DNA of 64,000 nt from Octopus bimaculoides (lineage: Eukaryota): the NCBI RefSeq assembly GCF_001194135.2, contig NC_068991.1:940127-1004126 (forward strand), written 5' to 3'. The notes beneath the pieces were generated by a model. It did not search any database. It was not told where the DNA came from and saw nothing but the letters and a program-made list of their open reading frames with translations. A program made the translations under genes and the position numbers. Below, piece by piece: positions 53,121-64,000 of the stretch. Position 1 is the first letter of the stretch. Each line of letters opens with the position of its first letter.

Positions 53121-54217
53121 AATCTTATCTGTTTGCTATTTTGCAGGAAATATATAAACCAATAAAGATATGTTTGGTTGAAGAAATGGCGCCATTGAAA
53201 GATATTACTGCTACTACTACTACAACTACGACTATTAATACCAGTTCTACTACTAGTACTACTACTACTGCTGCTGCTGCTGGCATGTTTAGTAATAACA
53301 ATAGCAGTGATGGTGGCAGGGCGTTGGTGGAAGAGATTAATGAGGGAGTAGATGAGAGCAGCAGGGTTAACGGTCAGTCGAGGTGTAACCCTTACAGAGT
53401 ATTGATCCAAGATATTACTGGTATTGGCAAAAGTCAAAGTAATGAGGTCATTGAGATCAATCAGATTACTGATCTGGATGAAGTAAATGAAATTGATGAG
53501 ATCAATGAAATCAGTGAGGTCGTTACAGGTGATGGTCATTTAAACGAAGGCATCAGTGGTGCTGGTCACAGCGAAATGGATGGAGTAGCTGGACACTACA
53601 ATTGTCGTAGTAGTAGTAGCAGCAGCAGTAGCTGTAGCAGCAGCAGTAGTAGCAGCGGTAGTAGTAGTAGTGGTCGATGCAGTCCTCTTACTTTAGACAT
53701 TATCGATGCTGAGGACGTAGACAATAACGATGATATCACCGGTCAGTGTAAAGGTCAGTGTTTGGAACCTGCCATGGACAATCTTGGTTGCAGTGACCCT
53801 TGTGATGTGGCAGCTACATCTGGGGGTTTAAAAGATGAAAAAGGGATTATGGGGAAACCAGATGCAGAGGACAGTGTCTGTGGAAAACATAGGCAGCATT
53901 GCTTTGGTAAGACAGAATTTGCCAGTTCTTGCAGCGTACGTGAAACGAAATCGGCCACCATTCTGAGTATGAGCTGTGAGGAGATGCATGGTGGTCAATG
54001 TTCTCATAGTGGACGAAAGAGTGAGAAGAGTTTAAACCTGAGTTCCGATGGCACTGAACTAACAGAACGATGGGTTTACCCTGCTGCTACTTTCTACTCA
54101 AAGAATCTCCAGAAACAACCGGAAGATTCTTTAAGTAACACACAGGATGAGAAGGACAAATCAATTAGAGAAAACGAAGAATGCTGTGGTGATTCTAAAG
54201 AAGAAAATTTGGTTTGA
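39138..54217 (+). CDS. DNAAF1: Dynein axonemal assembly factor 1 (LRRC50/ODA7), 15 coding exons, about 1298 aa
   Basis: Exons 39138-39348, 40250-41374, 42253-42340, 43162-43253, 43989-44210, 45107-45276, 45983-46057, 46564-46628, 47620-47705, 47924-48291, 49597-49732, 50415-50480, 51091-51134, 52042-52119, 53147-54217. All are GT-AG and phase-consistent; total 3897 nt. Diagnostic motifs [33 protein letters not shown], LRRs ([17 protein letters not shown]), LRR cap [35 protein letters not shown]. Confidence 0.9.
39876..40107. mobile_element. hAT-like MITE spanning an N gap
   Basis: Imperfect TIRs TAGTGGCTCCAAACC / GGTTGGAAACCACTG; no clear 8-bp TSD. Confidence 0.45.
40250..41374 (+). CDS. DNAAF1: DNAAF1 exon 2: about 35 tandem decapeptide repeats ([10 protein letters not shown]-like)
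   Basis: atttcag|ATGAAACC...GACAATG|gtaatt; 1125 nt, phase 1-1, open frame. Confidence 0.75.
42253..42340 (+). CDS. DNAAF1: DNAAF1 exon 3
   Basis: gtgtag|TTTCTGAT...TGGCCAAG|gtaaga; [30 protein letters not shown]. Confidence 0.8.
43162..43253 (+). CDS. DNAAF1: DNAAF1 exon 4
   Basis: ccacag|ACTGACC...TTTAAAG|gtgagt; [31 protein letters not shown]. Confidence 0.95.
43989..44210 (+). CDS. DNAAF1: DNAAF1 exon 5 (leucine-rich repeats)
   Basis: gtgcag|GTATTTAT...AATTTGT|gtgagt; [29 protein letters not shown]... Confidence 0.95.
44625..44760 (+). repeat. Displaced intronic copy of the DNAAF1 decapeptide-repeat sequence
   Basis: [40 protein letters not shown] resembles units 30-34 of exon 2 at DNA and protein level. 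Confidence 0.85.
45107..45276 (+). CDS. DNAAF1: DNAAF1 exon 6 (leucine-rich repeats)
   Basis: ttgcag|CCTGC...TCCTTG|gttcgt; [14 protein letters not shown]...[14 protein letters not shown]. Confidence 0.9.
45983..46057 (+). CDS. DNAAF1: DNAAF1 exon 7
   Basis: tttcag|GGAGTT...GCAATT|gtaagc; [25 protein letters not shown]. Confidence 0.93.
46564..46628 (+). CDS. DNAAF1: DNAAF1 exon 8
   Basis: tggcag|AAAAGC...GCATG|gtaggt; [22 protein letters not shown]. Confidence 0.93.
46826..46952. mobile_element. Tc1/mariner-type MITE in a DNAAF1 intron
   Basis: TIRs CAGGGCGTCCACAAGGTCTGGGT / ACCCAGACTTTGTGGACACCCTA (about 23 bp, 3 mismatches), flanked by TA on both sides. Confidence 0.8.
47620..47705 (+). 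CDS. DNAAF1: DNAAF1 exon 9
   Basis: taacag|GGCC...GATG|gtgggt; [28 protein letters not shown]. Confidence 0.92.
47924..48291 (+). CDS. DNAAF1: DNAAF1 exon 10 (Glu/Lys-rich)
   Basis: ttgtag|CTCTG...GCGAAG|gtaaat; [17 protein letters not shown]... Confidence 0.88.
49597..49732 (+). CDS. DNAAF1: DNAAF1 exon 11
   Basis: ttatag|ACGACA...ACGG|gtgaga; open, phase-consistent. Confidence 0.7.
50415..50480 (+). CDS. DNAAF1: DNAAF1 exon 12
   Basis: tgatag|TTTGTG...AATG|gtaagt; 66 nt, phase 1-1. Confidence 0.6.
50964..51030. repeat. 20-bp tandem repeat, about 3 copies (tatgtattgttacagatcaa)
   Basis: Direct tandem copies visible. Confidence 0.9.
51091..51134 (+). CDS. DNAAF1: DNAAF1 exon 13
   Basis: actcag|GTGAAG...GCAGAG|gtgagt; [15 protein letters not shown]. 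Confidence 0.7.
52042..52119 (+). CDS. DNAAF1: DNAAF1 exon 14
   Basis: ttgtag|GACATC...GTGGAG|gtaagg; [26 protein letters not shown]. Confidence 0.75.
52630..52940 (-). mobile_element. Mariner transposase C-terminal remnant
   Basis: [19 protein letters not shown]...[14 protein letters not shown]: SPDLAP-TDY mariner motif, with the DLAP codons triplicated as a 12-bp repeat. Confidence 0.85.
53147..54217 (+). CDS. DNAAF1: DNAAF1 terminal coding exon (acidic, poly-Ser/Thr low complexity)
   Basis: ttgcag|GAAATATAT...GTTTGA; 356-codon open frame, phase 0. Confidence 0.75.
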   Translation, partial: EIYKPIKICLVEEMAPLKDITATTTTTTTINTSSTTSTTTTAAAAGMFSNNNSSDGGRALVEEINEGVDESSRVNGQSRCNPYRVLIQDITGIGKSQSNEVIEINQITDLDEVNEIDEINEISEVVTGDGHLNEGISGAGHSEMDGVAGHYNCRSSSSSSSSCSSSSSSSGSSSSGRCSPLTLDIIDAEDVDNNDDITGQCKGQCLEPAMDNLGCSDPCDVAATSGGLKDEKGIMGKPDAEDSVCGKHRQHCFGKTEFASSCSVRETKSATILSMSCEEMHGGQCSHSGRKSEKSLNLSSDGTELTERWVYPAATFYSKNLQKQPEDSLSNTQDEKDKSIRENEECCGDSKEENLV

Positions 54218-54295
54218 AAATCGTGGAACCAGATGAGAAGAAAGGAGAAGAACAAGAACAACAACAATAAAAGTATCTGTTTGTCTGTCCTGTAG

Positions 54296-54328
<33 letters not shown>

Positions 54329-54405
54329 CACACACACACATACACACATACACACGTACACAGTTTGAGTAGTGTCTCTGTCTGTTTGTCTGTCTGTCTC
54401 ACTCA

Positions 54406-54452
<47 letters not shown>

Positions 54453-55405
54453 ATACACACATATGCATACAAATATATCATATATTCATATATGTATGTG
54501 TGTGTATATATGTGTATATATAAATATAAATATATATATATACATATATATATACATACATATATATGTACATACATACACATGTGTGTGTGTGTATGTG
54601 TATGTATATGTATGATTTTATTACATACACATCACTAATCAATCATACAGAGTTCCCTATTTTCGTTCACATGATTTCATTTACAGAAAAAATATCTTAA
54701 AAACGTGTCTGGGTCCTCAGTCCAAAGCATTCACAAATAAAGTTGGTTGTGTATTTGTTTAACTGAAAAAGGAAGCAAATAATGACGAACAGACAGACAT
54801 GTTTCACAGAACTATTAAAGCATGAAAAGGGTTAATATTTTCTTCCAGAACATTCCAACAATAAAAGATATGAAGGAAAGATATGGAAATTGGTTAAAAT
54901 TGTGGAGAAATATTGTAAAAACAAAGAATAAATACAAAGCTGATGAGTTACAAGTGTGTCCGTGAGGTTGAGGTACAAGCTTAGATTAGTGACAAGAAAG
55001 TCCTCATTTCAAATCTTACCAAAGTCATCGTTATTGTGTCTTTGAGTAATGGAGGCAACACATTACTCTTCTTGGAGCTTCTGCTTCATGCTCTCTTTGT
55101 GTTGCTAAGAATAATAGTTAAATTCCCTTCAAACCACACCTATTTTTGAAGAGGAAGGACACAGATAATATAATGTTATGGTATATGTTTAGAATAATGT
55201 AATAGGATAGACATATTTGATGCTGGGTCTGTTGGGTCAGGGCTGACTTGGGGCTAAATACCTGTCCCATGGTAACCACACCGCTCCTCCGACCAAAGGT
55301 AACTCATGAAGATACCACTTTTGCCATTTGCCTATCTTCTCCAACTCCACACCTATGGCTGTGCAAAATAATGGAAGGTTTTTTTGCTACACACACACAC
55401 ACACA

Positions 55406-55445
<40 letters not shown>

Positions 55446-55949
55446 CACGTACGTACATGTGTGTAAAGTAGTAGCAGCAGTGGGACTATTGTGAAATTGA
55501 TGACTGTTTCTAGAGTGAACCAGTCAATAATTGAACTTGTGCTTGGTAGAGCATCAAAACAAAATGCCTTGTGGTAATTAGTTACAACCCTTTACATTCT
55601 GAAGTTGATTTTGCCCTTCATCCTCCCGGGGCCACTAAAACTGAATACCAGTCATGGAGGGGGGGACTTCTCCTCCTTGCAAAAGAATCCTTTATGGCCT
55701 TGTTGTCTATCTTATTATTACAGTTTGATATTGTTAGTTATTTGTACCAATAATTTCATTAATTATAAAACACAAAATAATTAAAACTATTTTCTATTTC
55801 AATTTGTCTTTGTTTTATAACTGTTTCATTAAACACTTAATTGAATTATTATTATTATTATTATTATTACTGATACCCATCCAACCCATGCCAGCATGGA
55901 AAATGGACATTAAGTGATGATGACGATGATGATTACTGTGATTTTTTTT

Positions 55950-56410
55950 TCTTTCCCTGGTTTATCCATGTCTCGTCTCAGCTCCATCCTGTAGCTTAGA
56001 GACAAAACAGTTTCCCCAAACACATGAGCTGTGCCAAGTATTGCTACCAACTGATTCCTATGAAGTTTGGTATTTGCAGCCTTTGATGTCACAATATTGC
56101 TTTCTTTGAGATGGGTTAGGCTGGGTTAGACATGCTCTTGAAGGAAATCTCTGTCTTAGACCGAAAAGAGGAAGGTGAGCTTAAAAGCAAACAAAACTAC
56201 AGGGCACTGAAAAGGAAGCATGATATTGAAAGAAAGGGCCTGAAAGTAGTAGTGGAGGAACTGAACCAGCACCTCGTTGCAAAGAAAGCAAAAATGGTCA
56301 CCACCAGAATAGGTTATTCAGGGTAGATCAGAAGAGATTCTATAAAGAAATAAATGGAGAGTGTACAGATGAAAAGTTGATGCCAAAGGTTTTGGAGTGA
56401 CATCTGGAGC
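55950..56410. mobile_element. R4/Dong fragments in opposite orientations
   Basis: Minus 55990-56092: QLVAILGTAHVF (endonuclease C-terminal end). Plus 56130-56400: LKRKHDIERKGLKVVVEEL...RFWSDIW (N-terminal region). Confidence 0.65.
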
Positions 56411-57007
56411 TAGTTAAGTCCATGAGAGATGGTTATACTATATCCATATAAACGTATAAATATTTGTATATGTGTATATATGCATATATGTGCATAAGGA
56501 ACATTAAAAAGCAAAAAGCTAACTGGAAATATTTTGAGTAAAGACAAAATTAAATTAGGGAAAAGACTTCATAATATTTTTGTAACTTCTGGAGATGAGA
56601 GAGAGAGAGAGAGAGTGAGAGTAAAAAGAAAGAGAAAAGGAAGAGAATGGAAGAAAAGAGTGAGAGAATACATTAAGAGTGAAGGAAGAAAGAGAAAATT
56701 GAGAGAAACAAATTAACAGAAAAGCAAGATAAAATATAAAGAGAGAGAGAGAGAGATAAAAGAAGTAGAGAAAAGAAAGAGAGAGAGAAAAGGGGAGAAA
56801 AAAGCGGAAATAGAGAGTGAGAGGCGGTAGTAATATCGACCAATGAGAAGAAAGATAAGTCTTCAGTGCTGAACGTTCTGGCACGAAATTCAAACAACAA
56901 CAACTGTAAACCGAATGAGGTATTTAAAAGTCTTTTGATTTATTTATGATGTCTTATATAGAAAGATATATCTATATCTTTCTATATATATATATATATG
57001 GCGATCC

Positions 57008-57042
<35 letters not shown>

Positions 57043-57579
57043 GTTTATATGTATGTGTAAATGTTTTAAATCCTTTGAAACTGATGTTTTTTTCTTTTGA
57101 GGTCAGTAAATTTAAATGACAGGACAAGTCACAGTGTCACACCTAAAAAGAAAAAAGAGAGAAAAACAACTGTTGTGGCCCCAGCCTGGCCGTGGTTTAA
57201 TGTCTAACGCTAAGATAAGAAATGAAGACGGTGTATAAAGTAGCAAAAGTATTAAAAAATGAGTGACGTTTTGTAAATCTTCTTGGTCTGGATTTTATAA
57301 AAGCTCTGAAGTTAATTTATTTCATTGATTACACACACACACAGACACAATACATACGTGTATATGGAGGCCTTTATTTCTGCTTCTCCATTTTTTGACA
57401 AAGTTCGTTAAAGATTGTTGAATCCCTCTTCCGGGATACGTGAAATAAAACCATGTTACTACACACACACACACATTCCTAGACACATTAACTATGACAA
57501 TTGTTAGTAGAACAAAAATATTGCACTTATATACATCATAAAGATACAATCTACACCATTTAAAAAAAGAAATTGTTAA

Positions 57580-57790
57580 AAAAAGTAGCGAGCTGGCAGA
57601 TAGCACGTCGGACGAAATGTTTAGCGTTATTTCGTCCGTCCTTACGTTCTGAGTTCAAATTCCGCCGAGGTCGACTTTACCTTTCATCGTTTCGTAGTCG
57701 ATAAAATAAATACCAGTTGAATACTAGGTCGATGTAATCGACTCATCCTCACCTCCCCCAAGCTACCCTTGTGGCAAAAATTTGAAATAA
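57580..57790 (+). mobile_element. tRNA-derived SINE family (gagctggcaga...gagttcaaattccgccgaggtcgactt...taccagt)
   Basis: Many related copies: about 8015-8175(+), 11570-11750(-), 16860-16980(+), 17790-18020(+), 28030-28200(-), 29865-30070(-), 39600-39790(-), 57810-57930(+), 61120-61270(-). Confidence 0.8.
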
Positions 57791-59315
57791 TAATAATTAT
57801 TAATAAGGCGGCGAGTTTGCGGAATTTGCAATATTTTTCTCGGTTCTTTAATTCTAGGTTCAAATTTCGACCTTTCGACCTTTTCGAGGTCGATGAAATA
57901 AAGCACCAATCTGGTGCCGATGTAATCAAAGTTTGAGACTTTATTCCTGAATTAGAAAGTAATGTTGTTTGCGTGTTGTGATATCTAAACATTTCAGTTT
58001 TTACATCTATTTTAAAGTGTGACATCTTGCGTTGCAGACACGCTTACGGTACCTGGGTAGGTGGGACGACCAAATTGGTGACAGAATAAAATTTAGTTAC
58101 GTCTTTTTGTGTTGCGAATTCAAATTTTACCCATGTCATCTTTGCCTTTGATTGTGCCGCGGTTGATTCTATAGAACTTAAGGCGCAGACGTGGATGTGT
58201 GGTAAGAATTTTGCTTCCAGGTTCAATCCATTCTCTGTGAATTGGTTGGCATTAAGAAGAGCATTCATCTGTAGAAATCATGCCAAAGCAAACATCGTCT
58301 CCAGGACTTATTTCTTTTCAAGCCTGGTACTTATTCTATGAGTTTCTATTGCCGAACTGCTAAGTTACAGGGATGTAAACAAACCAACACCTGTTGTTCA
58401 GTGGTGGGGGACAGACACACACACACACACATAGATATTCAGCAGGCTTCTTTTAGTTTTCACCAACCAAATCTACTCTCAAGGGATTTGGTTAGTCTGA
58501 GGCTATGGTAGAAGATTCTTGCCCAAAGTGCCCCATTGTGGCAAATAATATGGCCATTCCCTATTTAATTGTATTCCATCGCATTCTTAGGACCAATTCT
58601 ATCAGTCAACTAGTTAAATCTTTCTGTATCAGTTATGTACTGAATGTATGTGTGACAGAATAGAGACTATATCCTCCCATTCATTATTTTTATTGTCACT
58701 TTTGTTTCTCTGAAGACTATGTCATTGGATTTTTTGGAAATAATAGGTTTGTTCCTCATCAGGGCTTCTCTATCTTTCTGTTTTGACTTTCTTTGATGTC
58801 TTTTACTTTTTTGGTAAAATCATCATTCCATGATGTCTTCCATCTCTTTTATGATCTGATCATTCTATGAGCTTGTTCAATATTCTGTCACCATTTTTCA
58901 ACTATTCTGCAATGTCTTCTATTATTCCATGATTTACTCCATCATACTATGAATGGTTCTCACCAATCTGAACTCCTTCATCATTCTATAAAATATTCCA
59001 TCCTTTTCTCCATCCTGCCATCTTCTTTCTCCACAGGTTGTCCAAATTCTCTGACCGTCATCATGATGTCCTTAAGGAGTAGAATCCAAGGTAAACAAGT
59101 CTTTTGGTCATTTTCAAACGGAACCGTTGTATCGTACAACTAGGTAGGTTGTTGTTATTAAAAAGGTTTCTATCTCCAAACGAATGAAATTCTTGGTTGT
59201 GACCAAAAACAATTCACCAAAACCTAATTCCTCCATTGCTCTACCAAATAAATATGGTTGCTTTTTTGGGAGAATTTTCGAAATTTAAGGGTTTTTTTTT
59301 TTTTTTTTTTTTGGA

Positions 59316-59420
59316 CAGAATTGTTGACTTGTCACACAGAATTGTTGACTTGTCACACAGAATTGTTGACTTGTCACACAGAATTGTTGATTTGTCACAC
59401 AGAATTGTTGACTTGTCAGA
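59316..59420. repeat. 21-bp minisatellite, about 5 copies (cagaattgttgacttgtcaca)
   Basis: Head-to-tail direct repeats without spacers. Confidence 0.9.
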
Positions 59421-59846
59421 AAGAATTTATGTCCAGAGTTTAAGTTCCATGGAAGTTGCTTTTTGCCTTTCATCCTTTTGGGGTCAATAGAATAAGGACC
59501 GCTTGAGCACTGGGGTTGACGTAATTAACTAAACCCACACCTCTAAAAATTGCTGGCCTTGTGCCAAAATTAGAAACCATTATTAACTTGAAGTGGGTGG
59601 GGGGGGATTGTGAAAAATCAGTAGAACATCATTCATAGTCTTTGGCAGTATTCAGTTGTGGCCATTTGTGTCCTGGGTTCAAATCTCATCAAGGGCAAGT
59701 TTGCCTTTACTGTTCCTGGGGTTTAAAAATACTGTACCCGTCCTCTACTGGGGTTGATTTCAACTCTATCCATTCCTCACACATGTCTGGTCTTCTGGTC
59801 ACATTCCCAGTTAATATGATTCTTGTTGTGGTTGTTGTTTCTTCAG

Positions 59847-62800
59847 TATTAAATGAGATTGCACAAGAAGAAAAGGCTGAGTACAGATCTCCGGAAGAGC
59901 TTTCGAAAATAGCAGCATTCAATGAAGCGAAACGAGAGAAACGGCGCCGGAAAATCATCAAAGAAATCTTTGAAACTGAGAAGACTTACCAAAACCTCTT
60001 GGACATTATACACAGAGTAAGTGGTATTTGTGGTTCTTTATTAAGTGTTGGTGTTGTGGTACACCTGTTTGTTGTGATGCTTCTGTTTGTTGTGGGTCAA
60101 CACAATAACCATGACAAGGGACTTTACACAGTCGCTTGACCTGCTAATAATAACAGCCAAATCTTCCTTATAGCACAACCTACCACCTTATCTATAGAGC
60201 ACATTAGACAATGTAGTCCTAGACACTTCTAAGTGTTAGTGATGGTCATGGCTGCAATGTGTTTGATTATAAGACTACTGGATCACAGCTGACCAAGGGC
60301 TAAACAACAGTTGAAATATAAGCAGCAGAAAACTGTCTGATTTTCTTTTTTTTTTTTGGTTTGTTTTATTTATTTTTTTGTGTTTGTTTTTTCCAGTTCT
60401 TCTATTTCCCGCTGCGATTTGACTGCATCATTCCAGAGGCCGTCCACAACAAACTGTTCAGTAACATCGAACAAATCCAACATGTGAACATAAAGTTGCT
60501 GGATCAAATGGAACAGAACACCATAGGACAAGCTTTCCTCTCCCTCGGGCCTTTTCTCAAACTCTACTCCACTTATGCTAATAATCACACTCAAGCACTT
60601 GCCACATTCCAAGTAAGATCTCTCACTTTGACCTCAGTATGTTACACTCAGAGAAAGACTAGTCATATTTTTACCCCCCCTCCCCCCAATCCATTCCCCA
60701 AACACCTGTCACTCAGCAGCTCTATATGAGACTGTAACAGTGAGAAACAAATTAAATTGACCTGCCAGAAACAACAGCCAAATCCCTCTCAATCGTTTTT
60801 TACTGTCTTAAAGAAAGACCCTGTTAGATAACTTGCTCTTGGGTTACTTGTACATAGGTAATGGATGGGGTGGTCATATCTGGAACGTTTTTAATCAGTT
60901 TGCTCAGTTGGGGTTGACTTTGGGTTAAACAATGTCACTGAGAAAGACCCATCACTCAACAACTCTAAGACCTGTCATTCTGTAATAAATCTCTGCCCTA
61001 CACTCCAAGTAAGACTCGTCACTCACACTTTACTCCAATTCAACTGATGTTGTTTAACCCCAGGTCAGTCCTGATCCAGTCAACCTAGAATTAAAAATCC
61101 TTTCTGCTATAGGTACAAAGCCTGAAATTTTCTTTGGTGGGGTGGGGTGGGGGATAAATCGATTACATCGACTCAGTACGTAACTGGTACTCATTTCATC
61201 ACCCCCGCAAGGATGAAAGGCAAAGTCGACCTCGGCAGAATTTGAACTCAGAACGTAAAGACTGCCAGCTCCTTGCCGCTTTAAACCTAGAATTAAAAAT
61301 CTCTCAGCTGTGACTTTTGACATAGTGGTGTATCTACAACTACATTCTATATTTTGTTTTTTAAAAATGAAAAAATATTTGAGGGACATATAGTTGCTGT
61401 CTCTAGCACACTGAAAGGGACCATGTGACGGTTGCTGTCTTGGCTCATTGTTTGACCGAATCGTGCAGTTGTTGAATCCAGAACACTTGTCTGTGGTAAA
61501 CAAAGATATGTGCTAAGGGAGGTAACTCTAAAAGTCAGTTACCGTGAAACGAGTTGTAATTTAACCTTCTCGCACCTGGGTCCCTGTGTCAAATTTACTT
61601 TCCCCTTGGGCTCCCGAGCAAAAAAAAAAAAAAAATAGTTGCATGGGGTCGATTGCTTGACTAAAGGCAGTGCTCCAGCATGGCCACAGTCAAATGACTG
61701 AAACAAGTAAAAGAACATTCACAGCTCAAGAGTAACAATTTCAAGCAAATTAATGGACGGAATCAGTTGCATCTCCTTTCACCTGTGTTGATAATTAATT
61801 CTTTACTGAGAATCTGGTTGAGATGACATTTCATCTATTCCTGTGCGACAGGGTTAAGGATGGCCATAGTCTAATGAGTGTGAACATAGATCTGAACGAC
61901 ATTTTACTGAATTTATAAATGGTCCATCTCTTTATTTGAAAGAAATTGTTTCCTCTGCAGGAATGGTTACAGAAAAGCTCTGAATTTGCTGAGTTTATCC
62001 AAAACCAAGAAGCCAGGCCCGAAGTTATGGGATTAAAGTTCAATGCATTATTAATCACACCTGTTCAAAGAGTTCCAAGGTAAATTGCTTGTATTTCTGA
62101 AACGAGTTCTTGCTACGATAATCCTTTTCGACCTTTTCACTAATGGAATAAATTTTCTTTATGTTTTGAGTAATTCCTAAAATAATCAAGAATTTGGAAA
62201 GAAATTACGAAATCACTAGTTTTTCAACTGTTGTGTTTGGGACATAATAAAAGACAAATAGATTCAGATGGAACGTAATAAAAAACAAAATATATATCAG
62301 TTTAATTAAGATGGTGTTTGGAACAAATTCTTGCATGTCTAGAAAAGCAAACATAAAAGTGTTGCTATCTGTTTGGTATCAAAAGATTATTGAATTTCAA
62401 AACATAAGAAGAAGAAGAAGAAATTCCTTAAAGATGGCATGGAATGTCCAGACAATATTACAGAAAAAAAAGGAAAACTATTTTAGCCAAGTTCCTTCTG
62501 TTTTACATTCTTCAGCCATTTGCTTCTCACTCCCCCCCACCGCCATTGAACTATTAATCCCCTGAATATTGTCTGTTCTCATTCTCTCAGATATAAACTG
62601 TTGTTGGAAGATTTACTGGAACACACTCCCACCTCTCACTACGACTACCATGACTTACAAGGTAAGATTTGTATTTCACTGCAAATGGCCCGGGGGGGGG
62701 GGGGTATGTAAACGGACAGGTGATGGTGGTGGTTTACATTGAACATCTTTTTTTTTTTTAAATTAAATATTTTTTTAATGTTCCTGGAAGTGAAAGAAAT

Positions 62801-63088
62801 GAAACTGTAACCAGATAGAAACGATGTCTTCTGGTTCTGCACCGTTATTTCTTTGTTTGCCTTTATTTCTTTCTGCAGCCGAACTTTCTTGCCTTCTCTC
62901 ATTTTTTTCTCTTTGTAAATATTTCAGAGGCTACAAAAGAAATCTGCAACATAGCGTTCCACATCAACGAGCATGTCCGACAGCATGAAAACTTCCAGAA
63001 GATGCTCACCATTCAGAAATCTCTGGGAACGACTCCGAAAATCCTGTCTCCTGGCCGAGAGTTTATTCGAGAAGGAGCACTCCGAAAA
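59847..63088 (+). CDS. Rho guanine nucleotide exchange factor (DH domain and start of PH), ARHGEF39-like; partial
   Basis: Exons 59847-60016 (RRRKIIKEIFETEKTYQNLL), 60397-60612 (LFSNIEQI...GPFLKLYSTYANNH), 61961-62079 (LITPVQRVPR), 62591-62661 (YKLLLEDLLEHT), 62928-63088 (HINEHVRQHENFQKMLTIQKSL...REFIREGALRK). GT-AG, phase-consistent, canonical Dbl-homology motifs. First exon begins in phase 1, so an upstream coding exon exists that I could not locate. Subfamily call is from memory of the DH/PH pattern. Confidence 0.88.
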
Positions 63089-64000
63089 GTAGGTAACTCA
63101 GCCTTGCCACGTCCACCCAAGTTGATAAGGGTCATCTCTATAAATAACCTCGACTCCCTCCCCCCCATGACACTTCATGTGCTGAAGAATTCGTTTCTAA
63201 TCCGCAACTGTCAAATTCTCTTCTGATGGAACAAAGACATCACAAATCTCTATTTCCATTGTTCTCAGTACCGTCTCTCTTGTATATAAACTGCGACTGT
63301 CTTTTTGGTATCTGTAAATGGCGTGGTTGCCATGGAAAGCATAAGCAGTGGCATGGATCCGGCTGTCTTCTTGTGGTGTTGGTCAGTGAGGTGGTAGAGT
63401 ACACCTGATTGGTGTTATTCAGGTCTCCCTCAGTTTGGTCAGAGATAGTAACTCCTATAGCTACAATAAGTGTTGGGATCCTTGCACAAGACCTTTTCAC
63501 GTTGGTCAGTATGGTCAGAGATGTCTTCCTCTATTGAAATATTGTGGGGTCCTTACTGACGAAACCCTTCTATTTAGCAACTCACCTTTCTCTGAATTAA
63601 AAACATTTTTGACATTTGATGGAATGTTTGTAATTTCACCAAAGTTTTTTTCTTCGAGTGTCGAGGGCAAGATAGACTGGTAGAGTCCAATGTTCACCAT
63701 GACCTCTTGGCAGAGTCCATTTCTGTCCAACAGAAAGTTAAAACGACTTTTAGCTTTTTGCGTTGCAGTGATTGTAAACCATTGTACTGGAGGAGTTACT
63801 TCCCTTGGTTTTGATTTGATTTTCTTTTTAATATTCGAGTCTTAGTTTCGAAAAATATTAGGATTAAATGCTTAGTGATACTTAGTTAAATCCCTTTATA
63901 TTCTGAGTCTGGGTAGCTCTATGGTCAATTTTGTCTTTTATACTGTTGACGTTGACTCAATAATCTACCTGTTATATGCTGGGGTCGATTTGTGTATCTC

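Noticed and set aside
59316-59420. CRISPR-like regularity of 21-bp repeats
   Set aside because: Repeats are head-to-tail with no unique spacers and the context is eukaryotic; it is a minisatellite.

Overview
Eukaryotic, microsatellite-rich, gapped genomic DNA. The repeat families suggest a cephalopod, probably Octopus (inference). Four protein-coding units are supported. (1) Two small minus-strand single-pass membrane proteins with the InaF motif: a canonical INAFM2/InaF-D-like one at 14099-14386 and a divergent paralog at 31912-32220. Each ORF is complete within one exon and is followed 57-69 nt after its stop by a strong splice donor, recalling the Drosophila inaF locus, where alternative ORF-bearing exons splice to a shared 3' exon. 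(2) A 15-coding-exon plus-strand DNAAF1/LRRC50 gene (39138-54217, about 1298 aa by my exon sum) with an unusual 1125-nt exon of about 35 Cys/acidic decapeptide repeats, plus a displaced copy of that repeat in an intron. (3) Five consecutive exons of a plus-strand DH-PH RhoGEF (ARHGEF39-like, 59847-63088) with an unresolved start, running off the window. There is also an unassigned candidate exon at 5390-5636 near a CCAAT/X-box cluster. The rest is tRNA-derived SINEs, Tc1/mariner, R4/Dong, L1/Tx1, CRE-like and Helitron/Helentron remnants, Penelope-type minimal hammerhead motifs, tandem repeats and N gaps. No rRNA, intact tRNA or CRISPR array was seen. All calls were made by eye, without database searches.
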